NCBI RefSeq assembly: GCF_006345805.1
Contig: NC_042998.1
Coordinates: 152,396,001-152,460,000, forward strand
Reading direction: 5' to 3'
Source: Octopus sinensis
Lineage: Eukaryota
DNA: 64,000 nucleotides
Every line of letters begins with the position of its first letter. Position 1 is the first letter of the stretch. Position numbers and translations under genes: made by a program. This document shows, one piece after another, positions 39,222-53,533 of the stretch. The notes beneath the pieces are model-generated. The model searched no databases, was not told the DNA's origin, and was given only the letters and a program-made list of their open reading frames with translations.

Positions 39222-39745
39222 TGATATGTTGTGAAATGATATATTATATGATAAATTATCCTTATATTAAATGTTGATAAGAATTTTATATTTTAGAATA
39301 AACCAATTGGAATCAACTGATCATATATCTCAGCTCAATGTGGTGAAAAGCTTACGAGAATCTTTACAAATAAAAGATATATCTCCTGCATACCGCTGCA
39401 CAAATGATTGTGAGGTAGAACTGGAATAAACAGCATTGTACTTCACTTCTTCCTGATGCTGATAATAATGCTGCTTCTGCTGATAATGATAAGAAAATGA
39501 ATTCATATCACCTGTAAATTAATTGATATTCATCTTCTAGAAACTCTCTAATCAGGGCATTAGCGTTTTTTCTTTCTTCTCTTTTCGCCTTTTTCTCTTT
39601 CTTTTCTCTTCTTCCCTTCTTTTTCCTCTTTCTTTTTCTCCTAGAATACAAAATAGAATACAAAATGTACTGTCTCCCCTTTTCTTTCAAACATTCAATT
39701 TTGGAGAGAATTTTTTGATGAAATTTAGTTCTGCATATATATGTG

Positions 39746-39837
<92 letters not shown>

Positions 39838-39869
39838 TGTATGTATGTATGTATGTATGTATGTATATA

Positions 39870-40310
39870 CAGGTCTTGCAGATGAGTTGAAACCAATTTT
39901 AACCAGTTGAATTTGTGGGTTTAACATTTCATTTTTTGACAAACCCTTGCTTGCTTGAAAATCTAATCTTTTTTATTTTTCAAATAATAGCGAACTGACT
40001 CGACAACAGAAATTCATGGAACAACAGAACCGTTCCGCTATTGTTGTTTTGGCACGTGCTGGGCACACAGCCAACAGAATTGTTAAATTGACGAAACTTC
40101 CAAAACCGAAAGTTTATCGTGTATATAAACAATTTAAAGAAGAGGAAAAGATTGATAGAAAAGAACACAAGAGTTGTAGTGATTCTCGCTGGCCTCAAAC
40201 GCTCGACTGAAGCCAACCCATCCACATCAATGACAATTCTTGCAAAGAAACGCAATGTGTCCCTTTCCACGGTGTCCAGAGCTATTAACAGAAACCTTGG
40301 GATGACTCTC
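39870..40310 (+). mobile_element. Tc1/mariner-superfamily 5' fragment (maT-like)
   Basis: Starts TA/caggtcttgcag; HTH-like MEQQNRSAIVVLARAGHTANRIVKLTKLPKPKVYRVYKQFKEE. Confidence 0.7.
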
Positions 40311-41209
40311 TAGAAACAGTTCCACAACCATAGGATGAATTTGATCAGATAAAATACTTAAATAGTCTTGACTATTAATTGTGCCATGAAGGGAAACCAT
40401 TGAGCCTGCAGATTTCCAAGATATAGCCACCCCTTTCCGCACCAGATCATCACAGATCCTCCTCCATGTTTAACAGCTGGAAGAAGGCAGTCTGGGTCAA
40501 ATGTTTCTTTTGGCTGTCTCCACACGTATACTCGGCCGGTGGTCGGAAATAGGGTAAAGGATAACTCCTGCAAGAAAATAACATTCTTTCACTGCTCTAG
40601 GGACCAATTCTGTTGGTTTTTACTCCACTCTAAACACTTTGCAATGTTTGATTTTGAAAGTAGTGGTTTTCTGATTGCAGCCCTCCCGTGAAATCCAGCT
40701 TTGTGCAGCACCCGGCGAACAGTTTTTGTAGAAACTGGGTTCTCGAGGTGATCATTAAGCTCTGCAGTAATTTTCGGAGATGTACTTTTGTGATCTTTTC
40801 TAACAATTCGCGTAAGAGTCCATCGGTCCCTATCTGAAAGTTTTGGTTTTCTTCCGGTGTTTTGTTTCGACGAGGAGGTTTTTCTGTCTTTCTCAAAGGC
40901 TGTCATTACTTTCGAAACAGTACTTCTTGATACACCAAACATTTCGGCTATTTTCGTTACGCTAGCGTCTGCCTTAAGAGCACAAGCAATTTAACTTCTT
41001 TGAAAGTCCGATAGATCTGTCATTTTAATGAATTTGATTACCTTCTTCTGATGATATCTGAAAAGAAACATCAATTTTAGCAAAACTTGTTAAGCAACAC
41101 TCATAATAAATCAAAAAACATAAAAAATAAACAAGTTTTTGACAGTTTTATAGATATTTCCAAACTATAATGCTATGATGCAAGGTGTCTCCATTATTTT
41201 GTCCAACGC

Positions 41210-41214
<5 letters not shown>
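40311..41214 (-). mobile_element. Tc1 transposon, 3'-truncated
   Basis: TIR cagaggcgttggacaaaataatggagacacc; GVSRSTVSKV..GRKPKLSDRD..STKTVRRVLHKAGFHGRAAIRKPLL. Confidence 0.92.
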
Positions 41215-41280
<66 letters not shown>

Positions 41281-41299
41281 CGTGCGTGTGTATATGTGT

Positions 41300-41520
41300 G
41301 TGTGTCTTTGTGTCTTTGTTTTCCCCCACCATCGCTTGGCAACCGATGTTGGTGGGTTTACGTCCCCGTAACTTAATGGTTCAGCAAAAGAAACCGATAC
41401 AATAAGTACTAAGCGCACAAAAATTAAGACTTGGGGTCGATTTCTTCGACTAAAACCTTTTAAGGCGGTACTCTAGCATGGATACAGTCAACTGACTGAA
41501 ACATGTAAAGAATAAAAGAA
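41300..41520 (+). mobile_element. SINE family A, 3' half
   Basis: catcgcttggcaaccgatgttggtggg...ggcggtactctagcatgg. Confidence 0.9.
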
Positions 41521-41529
41521 GATATATAT

Positions 41530-42433
41530 AATCAAAATAAGCAACAAGGATATCCAAGGTAGTGTAGTACAATCGTTTCATGCTACTTCATTTAATTAAA
41601 CAATGTACGTATTACATCAGTTTTAAAATGTAGAGCACTCTTCAGTCACATATACAATTTTTAAAAATTAAATAGCAATTACATTTTAATATACCTTATA
41701 GGCTCTTGATAAGGTTTTTTTTTACAGGTAATAAATATTATGTCTAGCATATTCCTTTAATTTAACTCATTAATAAAAATAAATCACTATTTACTAACTA
41801 ACTATTAATCTATATTAATAAAAATCTGATATATATATATATTTATATAAATATGAAATGATTTCTATATTCCAAGTCCCTATATAAGATACTAAAATTA
41901 TTAGAATCCTTTGGAAAAAAACTATCTAAAGGATATTTATTTAAAATCACAAGCAAGATTATGACTGTTAAATGGTTAAGAACATTAGTAATCTCGAGAG
42001 CATTAGTAGTCTCTATTCTCCCTACCCCAATAGCTTCAGCCTACTAACTTTAGCTAAAATACATTCAAATATGCCAAAGTTAAATTCCTCATAATTGGGT
42101 TGGATTTACAGCTCTGACATTTGTACTACCCCTTCCTCTATCTATAAATAGAAAAAAATTCTTGTTTGTCTCCACTGAACCAAATAAAAAAAACCCTCCC
42201 CATTGATAAATCTAAATAACAAAGTGAACTCAGTGATAAAAAAATCTTCCCATGGAGAAGGACCTTCTACTACCATGTTCTTAATGACGAAATTAACCTC
42301 TCCGTCTATATATCTACCCTCTTTGTAATGTTGGCAAATGGAATAAGTATAAAAATGAACATTATCTATTTAATTAAAAAATTCTATATGTGGCTGAAGA
42401 GTGCTCTACATCTTTATCGTAGCTTATTTTGAT
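41530..42433. mobile_element. Second fold-back copy of the 20233 HHR family
   Basis: A short left arm with a complete minus-strand HHR; a long right arm whose plus-strand HHR is deleted after CTGAAGAgtgctctaca (42389-42412). Confidence 0.88.
41563..41650 (-). ncRNA. Type I hammerhead ribozyme (stem I proximal mismatch)
   Basis: Minus strand: tgtga-CTGAAGA-gtgct...agcat-GAAA-cgattg-TA-ctaca. Confidence 0.75.
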
Positions 42434-42683
42434 TATAATCACCCCATTTGATTTATATGGATAATACCATGCCAAATTCTGGTGGCTTTAACTTAAGTAC
42501 CATATTCATCTGAATTTAAATTTTGCTGAACTTATATATATATATATAAGACAAATAAGAAAATGGAACGGATTATCAATCGACAAACATCATCCTATAA
42601 ACATTTATTTATATCTATTCATCACTTGATTACAATCATAATAAAATAATCAAAGTAATCAAAATAAACAAATGAAATAAGCA

Positions 42684-42779
<96 letters not shown>

Positions 42780-43092
42780 GTTACAAAAAGAAAATAAAAA
42801 CTACACGTGGAAATGTAAGGGAAACGTAATAAAAAAAATAAGCGAAAATGCACATTGGAAATCAAAAAAGTAAAGAGTTTTTTATGAAAAGTAACGATAG
42901 ATATATAAAATTTGATGAACTGAGGCAGGAATAAAAGTAATAAAAGTCATTATTGTGAATTGTTAAAAGAGATTCAAAGGCATACCAGTTTCGTAAAGTT
43001 ACTCATCATTGCTTTGAATGCACACCGATTACTGAACGGTGTCAGGTTTACTAGCCCCTGAGTAAAAAGATTGCGTGTAAGGGATGTAAGTA

Positions 43093-44326
43093 TTGAGTTG
43101 TCTCGAAAGTTCGTGCTTATTTTTAAAAGAAAGAAAAAGGTCAATAAATACTTGCCATTACATTTTTAATCAACCAAATATGAACCATTGTCTTGCACAA
43201 TGCGTCTCCATCTTTCCTTTAACTTGAAAATACCCTCTTCCCAAAATTGAGGTGGTTTCATGGCAAAGAATTCATCAAGGTATCTTTTTACGTCATCCAA
43301 GGAATTGAAATTTTTACCATTAAACTATTCTGCAGAGACCTGAATAAGTGGAAATCCGAAAGAGCAATATTTGGTGAATATGGAGGGTGGGGTAACACAT
43401 CCCAGCCGAGCTGCAGCAATTTTTGTCTGGTTCCCAAAGAAACTTGCGGTCTTGCATTATCATATTCGAAAACAACACCCTTCCTGTTAGCCAATTCTGG
43501 ACGTTTCTCTTGAATTGCTGCTTTTAATTCATCCAGTTGTGTGCAGTAATTCTCAGAATTAATTGTCTGGTTACTTGGGAGACGCTCATAGTACAGAATT
43601 CCTTTCTATTCCCACCAAACACAAAGCAAGACTTTTTTAGGGTGAAGACCCGCTTTTGGGGTGGCTAAGGGTGGCTCATGTCGCTTACTCAAGGATTGCT
43701 TTCTCTGAACATTTCAGTAGATAATCCATTTCATTCCGTTTATAAAGCGAAACATATATGGAAATGCGATCCAAAAGGTTCTTCTCACTCAACTCATGTG
43801 GTAGCCAAACATCGTAGCGATTTGTGTACCCAAGATTTACCAGGTGCTAATGAACGACGGATTTTGATAGGGTGAGGCTTTGTGCCAATTCTCGGGTTGT
43901 GCAATGTGGGTTATTCTCAGTTAATGACTTGATTTGGTCATCATCTGTAGTTGATGGTCTGCCTTATCGCTCTTTATCAATAAGGCTACAATCTCCAGCT
44001 CGGAACCTTGCGAACCACTTCCGTACAGTTCTTTAGGATAAAGAAACATCACCGTAAACTGCGCATATTTCTTTGGTTGCTTGTGAAGCATTTTTCCCTT
44101 TACGGAAAAAGAAAAGCATCAAGTGCCGAAAATGAACTTACCATTTTAAAGGGTTACAGAATTAACACAGGTTATAGGAACATAAACCTTCTCCCACGAA
44201 AAGATAGCTTAAACTGTGCTCTAAATGGAGGAGTAGTCAAATCCTATTTTATGGACTCAACCGTGTTCTAAAATAAGTCGAAAGGTAAGTTACTATAAAT
44301 CGGCACGAACTTTCCGGACAACCCAA
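43093..44326 (-). mobile_element. Mariner transposon, full-length size, decayed
   Basis: TIRs ttgagttgtctcgaaagttcgtgc and gcacgaactttccggacaacccaa with TA flanks; EYDNARPQ...PHPPYSPNIALSDFHLFRSLQN. Confidence 0.95.
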
Positions 44327-44328
44327 TA

Positions 44329-47300
44329 GTTCTGGATTTGGTGCAATTGGGGTGGATAATAAATCTGTAATGTGAATGGTGTATGGGATGTGTGTTGGTT
44401 AGTGGTATTAATTGAAAGGCTAGTAGTGTTCTGTATTATGATATGTGTTCATATTGAGCTGTGGAAGATATTTATTGATGAAAGTTGCCTCTTTATTCAT
44501 TCTTTGTTCTACTGAGGTGTTCTGTGAACATTGATAGAAGGGGAAAATTTAGAAATTAGGATTAAGATTCCTAGCACACCTTTCTATGTGTTCACGGACC
44601 TGTATGTGTCTGTATTGTGGGTGGCGGATTTGTTCTTTGTGGAGAGTGGTTCTTCGACGGAGTTAGATTCCTGTTTGGCCAATATAATTGTTACCATACC
44701 TTAAGCATGTAATGGCATCGATTAGATTTTCCGAGGTACAGGTGAAATTTGATTTAATCTTAAATATTTCACCTTGTTTAAAGTGGAACTCTGAACCCTC
44801 CAAAAGGTGGGGGCATGTACCACAATTTTTTCACTTTTTGTTCTGTTGTTAATGGATATAGTCTTGCTCTGGATAATATATTTTTCAATGATTTAGGTTA
44901 CATTTTGCTTTTGATAATTTTGTGTGAGCCTAAAATTTTGTTCATTGTTTTATCTCTTGTGAGGATGGGTAGATTTTGGATGATAATGTTGAAGGCTTCG
45001 TTGTCTCTAGGGTTGTGTGTTGAGATGTATGGGAGTATTTTTAAGTCTGGTTTAGTATTTCGGTTGACTGCCTTTAATGTTCGTATATCTATTTCCTTAG
45101 CTCGTTTAATGCCATCATTTATTAATGATGTTGAGTAACGTCTTTTGATTAATATTGATCTGAGTTCGAGGAGTCTTCGTTCACGAGTATAGGTGTCCGA
45201 AACTATGGTACAGATTCTTTTCGCTAGATAATAAGGTATATTAATTTTTATGTGTTTGGGATGGTATGAGTTGAATAATAGGTATTGTTTAGAATCTGTG
45301 GGTTTATAGAAGATGTCTATTTTGATGTGGTTATTGACTATTTTAATTAGGATGTCAAGAAAAGGGAGTTGTTTACTGCTGTGCTCCATGGTAAATTGTA
45401 TGTTGCTATTAATATTGTTAAGTATTATTTTGAAATCAAGGAGTTTGCCCATGCTATCTTTCGAAAGTATAAAGCAATTGTCCAATTACCTCTTTCAGTT
45501 CTCCTTTAAATAGCAATGAAATGAGGTGCCATATTTTTGTAGTGATGATTGATATATTTTAAGCTCTTGGTAACCCATTACAAGGTTCGCAATCACTGGA
45601 GCAGCTCGAGTTCCCATTGCAATTCCACATTTTTATCGATACTAAACTGTATCGAACATGAAATAGTTGTTCAGTAGGATGAATTTGAATGCTGCGATTA
45701 TGAATCTGCGGTTAATGCGTCCTGGGATCTCTTCTGGGTATTTTTTCTAGCCAGGTGATCGCTTCTATACCATAATCGTGTGGGATATTGGTGTACAAAT
45801 TCACCACATCGAATGATACTAACAGGGTTCTTTCATTTATTGTCTTCGGGAGGTGGTTAAGCATGTCTAAGTCATCCCTGATGGAGCTTTTCACATATTT
45901 TAGAAACGGTTTGAGTAAGATGTCGAGGAAATTGCTTAAACGGTGGGTTTCACAAGCAGGGCCAGCAATGATGGGTCTTAGTTTGAGGTCAGTAGGGGGA
46001 AGAACGTTAATGCATAGGCTTGGAGAAACTTTGCAAGCCTTACAAATATGTAGATTTTTGTGTATTTTAGGTAATCCGTAGAATAGATTAGGTCTGTATT
46101 TAAAATTGGATAAATAGTCAATTTCATGTTTGATGAGGCCCTTTCCATATATTTGAAGTAAGGAGGATAAGTTTTTAAGTGTCTTCCGTGGGTTGTATTG
46201 TACTATCTTCTCATAGTAAATATTATTTTCCAACATGGAGAGTATTAAATTTTTGTAGCACTCTGTGTCCATCACCACTACAACACTTCCTTTGTCGGCT
46301 TCTTTAATGGTGACGTATATATCATTTTTTAACTCGATTAGGTCTTTCCATTCATTTACATTAAGGTTGGATTTAATTCGTTGTTTTTGTAGGGTATTAA
46401 AAGGAAAATTGGTAATGTGTTCGCAAAAAGCATCAAGTGCTTTATTTCTGCCTTTTGTAGGACAGTATTCACTTTTGTTTTTTACTATTGAGTCATCTTC
46501 GTTGATGTAGTTGTGAAGTGCTTCTGTGAGGCGTAATTTTCTGCAGAAATCCATAGTGTTATCCTTAATTTCATTCGGGTTCGATCTGCGAGGGGTTGGA
46601 GTAAACTTTAAACCTCTTGCTAGAATTTTAGTTTGTGTAATACTTAGGATTTTCTTTGATAAGTTGATTATTTTCGGTTGTTCTTGTACATTTTGTTCCA
46701 TTTCACATCTCTGTTTCTCTGATTTAGGTCTAAAAATTGGTTGTAGTAGGTGAATTGTTGTGGACAGTCTGTATTGTGTTTAGTTTACTGAGGAGAAAAT
46801 GAGCGTAAAGTGGTCTGTGCTAGTATGTTTGTGGTGGTGTGACTGTGTAGCGGACTAGATTATGGTTGTATTGAGGGCCTATGGTTGATGTGGTTTGGGT
46901 TAAATTTATTTTTGATATTGTAATGTGGGTGGAAGAAGTTGTGTTGTCTGGTTAGGTTGTGTCTAGTTGAATGACTGAAGTAACAATGTTGAAGTTAAGT
47001 CTCGGAGGTAAATTCTTCCATTGATTGTTGAGATGATGGGAGTAGATTGGTAGGTATTGGCTCCCAAAAGTTTAGGTTAGTCTGGAGGTTTCGATGGAAC
47101 CTTTGATTTGTATGTAGGATGCCTTGAGGATTACGTCCAGATTTTCTATTGTGGGCTGAATTCCTGATGGTTGTTTGAAAGTTTGAGGTGCAAGAGAGGT
47201 TAGGCCGGAGGAGTTGTTTCCCTTAGATCATCTGTAGTTTGTTAGATAAGCGTGGGGTCATTTCTGTGTATGTTTTTGGTTTATTTTTATTCAGGAATGG

Positions 47301-47500
47301 GTTTTCCGATGCGTTTTCTATGTTGAACTGTGTTTCGTAGTTAATAAAGAAATTGGTTTGTCTTTCCCAGCTTCACAAGTTGTTTTCCACAGTTTAAAAA
47401 CACAATCCAAGCGTTGACCATATGAGTGTTTCTTTAATTCGTTGTAGATTTCCTCATCTATGTTTTTAAATTTTTGTTCATTGCTTAGCACTCTAAGCTT
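44329..47500 (-). mobile_element. Penelope-like element, near full-length pseudogenised RT-GIY-YIG
   Basis: ORF 45712-46701 (LARGLKFTPTP, IKEADKGS, FYGLPKIHK, LRPIIAGP, SFDVVNLYTNIP), ORF 44898-45485 (MDNCF, LPFLDI, FYKPTDSKQYL) and a GIY-YIG remnant NNYIGQTG near 44690. Confidence 0.93.
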
Positions 47501-47506
47501 AGAGAG

Positions 47507-47552
<46 letters not shown>

Positions 47553-47560
47553 GTATGTAT

Positions 47561-47623
<63 letters not shown>

Positions 47624-47930
47624 GTATGTATACATACATACATACATAGATGCAAGTATATGAAAATGAGGAAAACAAAAAAAAACAAGAGTATATGCGT
47701 GAATAGTTGTATATATGTATGTATGTGTGCGTATGCGTATGTGCGTGTGTGTGTGCGTGGGTGGGTGTGCATACGTGCATGTAAGCGAGTAAATATATAT
47801 ATACATGTGTTCGTTTAAATATATATATATATATATATAAGGAGAGAGAGAAAGAGAGGAAGGGGCATACATGTTCACATTCATACATAAATACAGTTAT
47901 GTATGTATATATACATATGCATATATATTT

Positions 47931-47975
<45 letters not shown>

Positions 47976-48279
47976 CCGTGTGTGTGCGTGTCTACATATC
48001 AGAACTCCACGAGCGGAGAATGGGGGTGTATACTGTCTATGCGAGCGCGCGCGTGTGGGGGTGTGCGTGTGGGGGTGCAGCTGTCATTTAACATCTCGGT
48101 AGACATAATTTCACGCCTACAATTGTTGACATACAGCAAACAAATCGCAAACAAAAACAACCAACAAAATTAGTAATTATAAAAAAAAGAGAAAAAATAA
48201 CAACTGTAAAAGCAATATTAAACAACTATAGATACACTGATTCCAACTCTCTCTCTACCCCTCCCTCTCTCTTTCTCTC

Positions 48280-48322
<43 letters not shown>

Positions 48323-48622
48323 CGCTTAGGAATTAAAAAAAAGAAAAATATAGAATCAAAATATACATAAAAAAGGAAAGCAAAAGGAACGGGGGAAAAA
48401 AGAAGGAATGAAGAAAGGAAGAAATCAGTGCAGGTATGTTGTTGGCAGCTTTAAAACACCTACAGGGCAAGTTGTGTGTGTATCAATGTGCTTATATGTT
48501 CGTGTATGTGAGTTGTGTTTTTCTTTGTATATGTATTCGCATAAATGGTTATGGATATGTTTCTATATGTATGCGTGTGTATATATATAAATCAACATAA
48601 GTAACAGGATGTCAAGTAGTAA

Positions 48623-48708
48623 TGCAGTACGACCGTTTCAAGCGACTCCATTTAATTGAACAATGTAATCATTACATCGATTTAAATACAGCACTATTTT
48701 CAGCTGCA
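48623..48708 (-). ncRNA. Hammerhead with G8A core mutation (probably inactive)
   Basis: Minus strand: tgcag-CTGAAAA-tagtg...cgctt-GAAA-cggtcg-TA-ctgca. Related to the 20262 family. Confidence 0.65.
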
Positions 48709-49018
48709 CGAAATATAGATTTTTCAAGAGACAAGGTATATCAATATAATTTTTCTTAAATATTTTAACAGAGCAAGAGGACGAAAGAATTTAATGTTGT
48801 CACTATTTCAGCAAGAATAGCTATGAGAAGAACAAACTACAATTTTTAGAGTGGCGTGGAACACAATGGGGTTCATAGGGTTATAATTCCTTTCCAATTA
48901 TCTATCTACTTATCATCAACAAAAAATCTAAGACTAGAAGACTGCGTATATTTAGAATAAAGAGCAAAGTGAGTTCACAGCTCATAGCTGGCTGTTGGTT
49001 ATAAATGTATACGTGTGT

Positions 49019-49070
<52 letters not shown>

Positions 49071-49072
<2 letters not shown>

Positions 49073-49560
49073 CAAAGTTGAGTTGTGGGGTATCGCACGA
49101 GTGGAATTATATACGAAAGAAGGTTTGAAAATGCAATTTAAAAGATGTTTATTTACTTAACCGGTTTCACTCTTTGGAAAAAGATTGTCAAAAGTAACAT
49201 AGAATATTATGAATTCAAAAAAGTTTTTTACCTAATTGCTACATTGAATATTATGAATTCAAAAAAGTTTTTTTTACATAATTGTCACATTACATGTATA
49301 AATATAGTGTTTGGTAACAGGGATATGTTAAGGGCATAAAGAAGTTCAACAGTGTGATGAGAATATTTGGAAAAATTGGCAGAAAAGAATAAAACAAATA
49401 TATTATTGGAAATTTGGTTGCGTTAATTATTGGTTGTTGCAAATTGTCACATTACATGTATATATATACAGTCTTTGGTAAAAAGGACATGTTAAAGACA
49501 TAAGGAAGTGCAATAGTATGGTGAGAATATTTGAAAAATTGACAGAAAAAATTAAAATGA
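49071..49560 (-). mobile_element. Copy of the U3-A8 HHR family (motif at 49153-49197)
   Basis: Minus strand: ttactt-TTGACAA-tctttttccaaagagt-GAAA-ccgg-TT-aagtaa; the copy begins directly after (AT)n. Confidence 0.8.
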
Positions 49561-50029
49561 ATATTCTATACATCTCAGGGTCCGTACAGAATATTATGAA
49601 TTGAAGGCGAGAGTTTGTTTTTACTGACCTGTTCGTTTTAGCAGAAATGTTGAATTGAGAGAAATGTACCCGTTTTGTTCTGTTTATGGCTTCCCTTCAA
49701 GCATCAATGATTTTGGGGTTATCATGAGGTGAGTATGTGTGTGTGAATAGATGTGTCTGTGTGCCCGTAGTATCTGGTCAGACGGCGTCTGTTTGTCACA
49801 CACATACACAACACACACACACACACACACACACACATAATATACAAACACACAACACACACACACAACACACACACACATACAGAACACACACATACAC
49901 AACGCACACACATATATAATATACACACACAGCACACAAATATAACATGTATTTATATATAATACACACACATATATAACATACACACACACAACACACA
50001 CACACATACATACATAATATAAATATAAC

Positions 50030-50080
<51 letters not shown>

Positions 50081-50081
<1 letters not shown>

Positions 50082-50202
50082 GTAGTCTGATCAGTAAGTA
50101 TCTGGAATGTTGCCATAGTAACGAGGCTAAAACATGCAGGGTGAAGCCGCTTGGCACAGATTGATCTTCAAATCTGCTGTGCATAAGCACTAATTTTTAA
50201 CG
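50081..50202 (+). mobile_element. Mariner 5' end related to the 18075-19342 family
   Basis: cgtagtctgatcagtaagtatctggaatgttgccatagtaacg. Confidence 0.85.
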
Positions 50203-51599
50203 TATGTATGTATGTATGTATGTATGTATGTATGTATGAGTGTTTGTATCAGAATGTATCGGGGAAAAAATCAGTCATTTCACTACAGTTGTCATATGTG
50301 AATCACATTAGCTGTATGATAATGCTTCTGTATAAGCATTTACCATATAGTATAAAATATGAAAGTGCTTATAATATTGTAATACGTAATATTGTAAAAT
50401 TGCAAAAATGCAAAAATAAAAGGTGCAAATTGGACTATGTTAGAATTTGACTAATTAATATATTTATTCATAGACAATTTTACAAATCCTGAGTTATATG
50501 TGTGTGTGCATATATGTATATATGTATATACTTATATACATATAGTATAGTATATACATATACACACACACACATACACGCACATGATTAAACTAGTTTA
50601 AGGGAAGTAATCGTAGTTGGTGCCTGAAATTACAGAAGGGAAGTAATCTATTATTTTTAAAAATCGTAGTAATTAGAATTCAAGTAAATTTCAAATTATT
50701 AACAGAAATTATTAAAAGGAAGATAATATCACATGGATTAGAAAGATACGAATGTAAAGTGAAGTAGTTGAAGGGAAATCGTTAATCGTTAACGGGTATA
50801 TCGGTGGTGGGGGTGGAATATTGGAAATAGAAAGGGAAGTAACTGACATTTTTAAGGTCAAAGTTTAAGTTCACATAGCGATATAACAACACAGAAAGTT
50901 AGGTATTCGCATAAGCATAACCTGACCCTACCTGTGCGACAGTCTGGTGGGTTGCTTTCCTCTTCACACTACATCTTGGCTGAATTGCAGTAGAATGTCG
51001 CCTGTCATGGGTACAAAAATCTACCAAGCTTTCATTCTTTCAGTAAAATGTGCCATGTTTAGTATTTGTGTGGTGAGGTGTAAAATAGAATATGGAATAA
51101 TCAACAATGTAATAAAGAGGCTTAGCATCCACAGCATTTCAACATGCGACAGTCAATAGACGACAAAGATAACATAGTAATGGCGATGCTAAACAACTAC
51201 ACTGACCTCTCTTTTAAAGATATTGCTTCTGGTTTCAATCAGAAATACAAATTTCTATTAACCTTTTAATTTTATTTAAAAATTGATACTTATTTTTACA
51301 TCGGTTTGGTGTAGAAGATAGAATTATGCTTTAAGGGCACAAGGAAAACATGAACAGGGAAGGAGAACCAATGTTTAAGAAAGGAATAACTGTGAGTAGT
51401 AGTAATTAAAGTGATGGTGTGCGAAGAGCGAATACGTGTGAGTGTAAAGACTGTTTTGACGTGAAAATTGTTTTAACAATCCATTAAACCACAGAAGCAT
51501 GCAACGACTCAACATATTCAGTAAATGACTTCACGTGACGTTTGTTTTTGATTAAAACAATAACCTAATTACAAGGAACTACCAGTAATGATTTATGGA

Positions 51600-52665
51600 C
51601 TTAGAGACAACACCAAACATTACTAACTTGGGAGGTATTTGGAGTAAAATGTCTCTGCAGAAAGATCAACAAGGACATTAAAGAGCTCAAAATACACCGA
51701 GCCAGGTTTGACTGTGGTAAAGAGGCGCCTCAGGTGCAGTGCACAGTAGTAGCACCTAATGAGACGCCGGGGTACTCCAGACAGGAAGTTCCCCACACTA
51801 CTAGAAGTCTCTCAGCAGCTGTGTCACCTCAAATCCTCAGGAGGGACGAGGGGGGCCAGTTTCACCAAACAAAAGATTGATCTTCAATAATCATCTCAAG
51901 AGAGCTCCTGCCGGTGAAAGTGAAGGCATCAGGATCTTGGCAAGTCAGCTTCAAGAACGTCTGGGCAGCCGTAGAAGGGCAGAAAGCATGTGGAAATGGA
52001 GGAAGGACAGGAAACCCAAACATGCGTAGTTTAACATGTACCTATTTAGGTTCATCAGGGAGATTGACTAGTCCCAATGAAGCTATAGAATAGTTTTTGA
52101 GGGATACCCACAATGACAAACCCAAAAACCAAGCCCTCGATGTCAGCACAAATGTCAGTAGAGCTGAATTACAAGAAAATAAGCTTAACTCTAGAAGTGG
52201 TGAATGCCAGATCAGAATCAATTCCTGGCCCAAGTAGCTTACCTTATAAAGAATACAAGAAATTCGGAGACTCTGGATGCTGCTCCTAAAGATCTAGACA
52301 AAGAGGATCATTCCATCATATTGGAAGGGGATAATTCCATCATACTGGTTGTTTTGCACCAAAGGAAGAAAATTCCTCGACCATTAACCAATTCAGAGTC
52401 ATCTTACTCCTGAGTGTTTCAGGGAAAATCTTTTCAGCATTGGTTAAAAGGATGAACTCGTACATTATTGAGAGTGGATACTTAAACACCTCTGCCCAGA
52501 AAGGTGGGTTTTGAGGTTTCTCCGGATGTCTGGAACACACCGGAATTCCCAGCCAGCTGATCCGGGACACCAAAAGAAGCAATGGAGACTTGACAGTGGT
52601 TTAGCTAGATCTGGCAAATGCATACGGATCAATTCCTCATGCTCTCATATATGCAGCCCTTGACT
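51600..52665 (+). mobile_element. HERO-like (RLE-clade) LINE remnant
   Basis: KCLCRKINKDIKELKIHRARFDC (N-terminal zinc finger) and YLNTSAQKGGF*GFSGCLEHTG...DLTVV*LDLANAYGSIPH (RT). Confidence 0.8.
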
Positions 52666-52671
52666 ATTCTT

Positions 52672-52885
52672 TTTTTCTTTTACTTGTTTCACTCAGTTCG
52701 CAGCGGTAATGCTGGAGCACCACCTTAAAAGGTTTTAGTCGAAAAAATCGACCCCAGTACTTATTTTTTAAGCCTTGTACTTATTCTATCGGTTTCTTTT
52801 GCCGAACAGTTAAGTTACGGGGCCGTAAAGACACCAACACCGAATGTCAAGCGGTGCTGGTGGAGACAAACACAGACACAAATAC
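52672..52885 (-). mobile_element. SINE family A, 3' half
   Basis: Reverse complement of the family A tail (atgctggagcaccacc...ccgaatgtcaagcg). Confidence 0.9.
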
Positions 52886-53064
52886 ATACACATAGATATG
52901 CACAGTACATTATATATAATTGTCACATATTACATTTACAGATAAATTCCTCTATTTACATAATATCGAGGTCTCTTTCTTTTGTTGTCTTACCTTTTTT
53001 TATCAATATGTATATATATGTATATATATATATTAAACAACCTAATATATCTAATATATATATA

Positions 53065-53430
53065 TTAGGTTGCTTCACATGAAATGTCGCATTTTTAATT
53101 TCTTGATATTTCAGTCATTTAAAAACTCAATTTAATCTTCACTGTTTTTCTTTCCCAACAATATTGGTATACAAAGTTAAGACCTTATGAAAATGATAAC
53201 AACCAAACTATGTTGTGTGATTTTCTCTTATGAGTACAAACTGGGTCATTCTGCCGCAGAAGCTCTACGGAATAGCAAGCGGATATCTGATAATGGTTTT
53301 GTTGACATCAGAACTGTTCAGATATGGTTCCAAAGCTCTCGTTCAAGAGATGATAGCCTTGAAAATAAACCAAGGGGTATGGCAAAATCAGTTTTTTGGC
53401 ATGATGTATTAAATGCTTTGGTTGAATTTC
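53065..53430 (+). mobile_element. Mariner 5' fragment
   Basis: TA/ttaggttgcttcacatgaaatgtcgc TIR-like end; YEYKLGHSAAEALRN..RTVQIWF..SLENKPRG. Confidence 0.85.
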
Positions 53431-53533
53431 TACTCCTGCCACCCATCCCACATAAAAAGAAACATCCCATATAGTATGGCAAGATGCATATGCAACATAG
53501 TAACCGACTCACAAACACGCCAAATAAGAGTAG

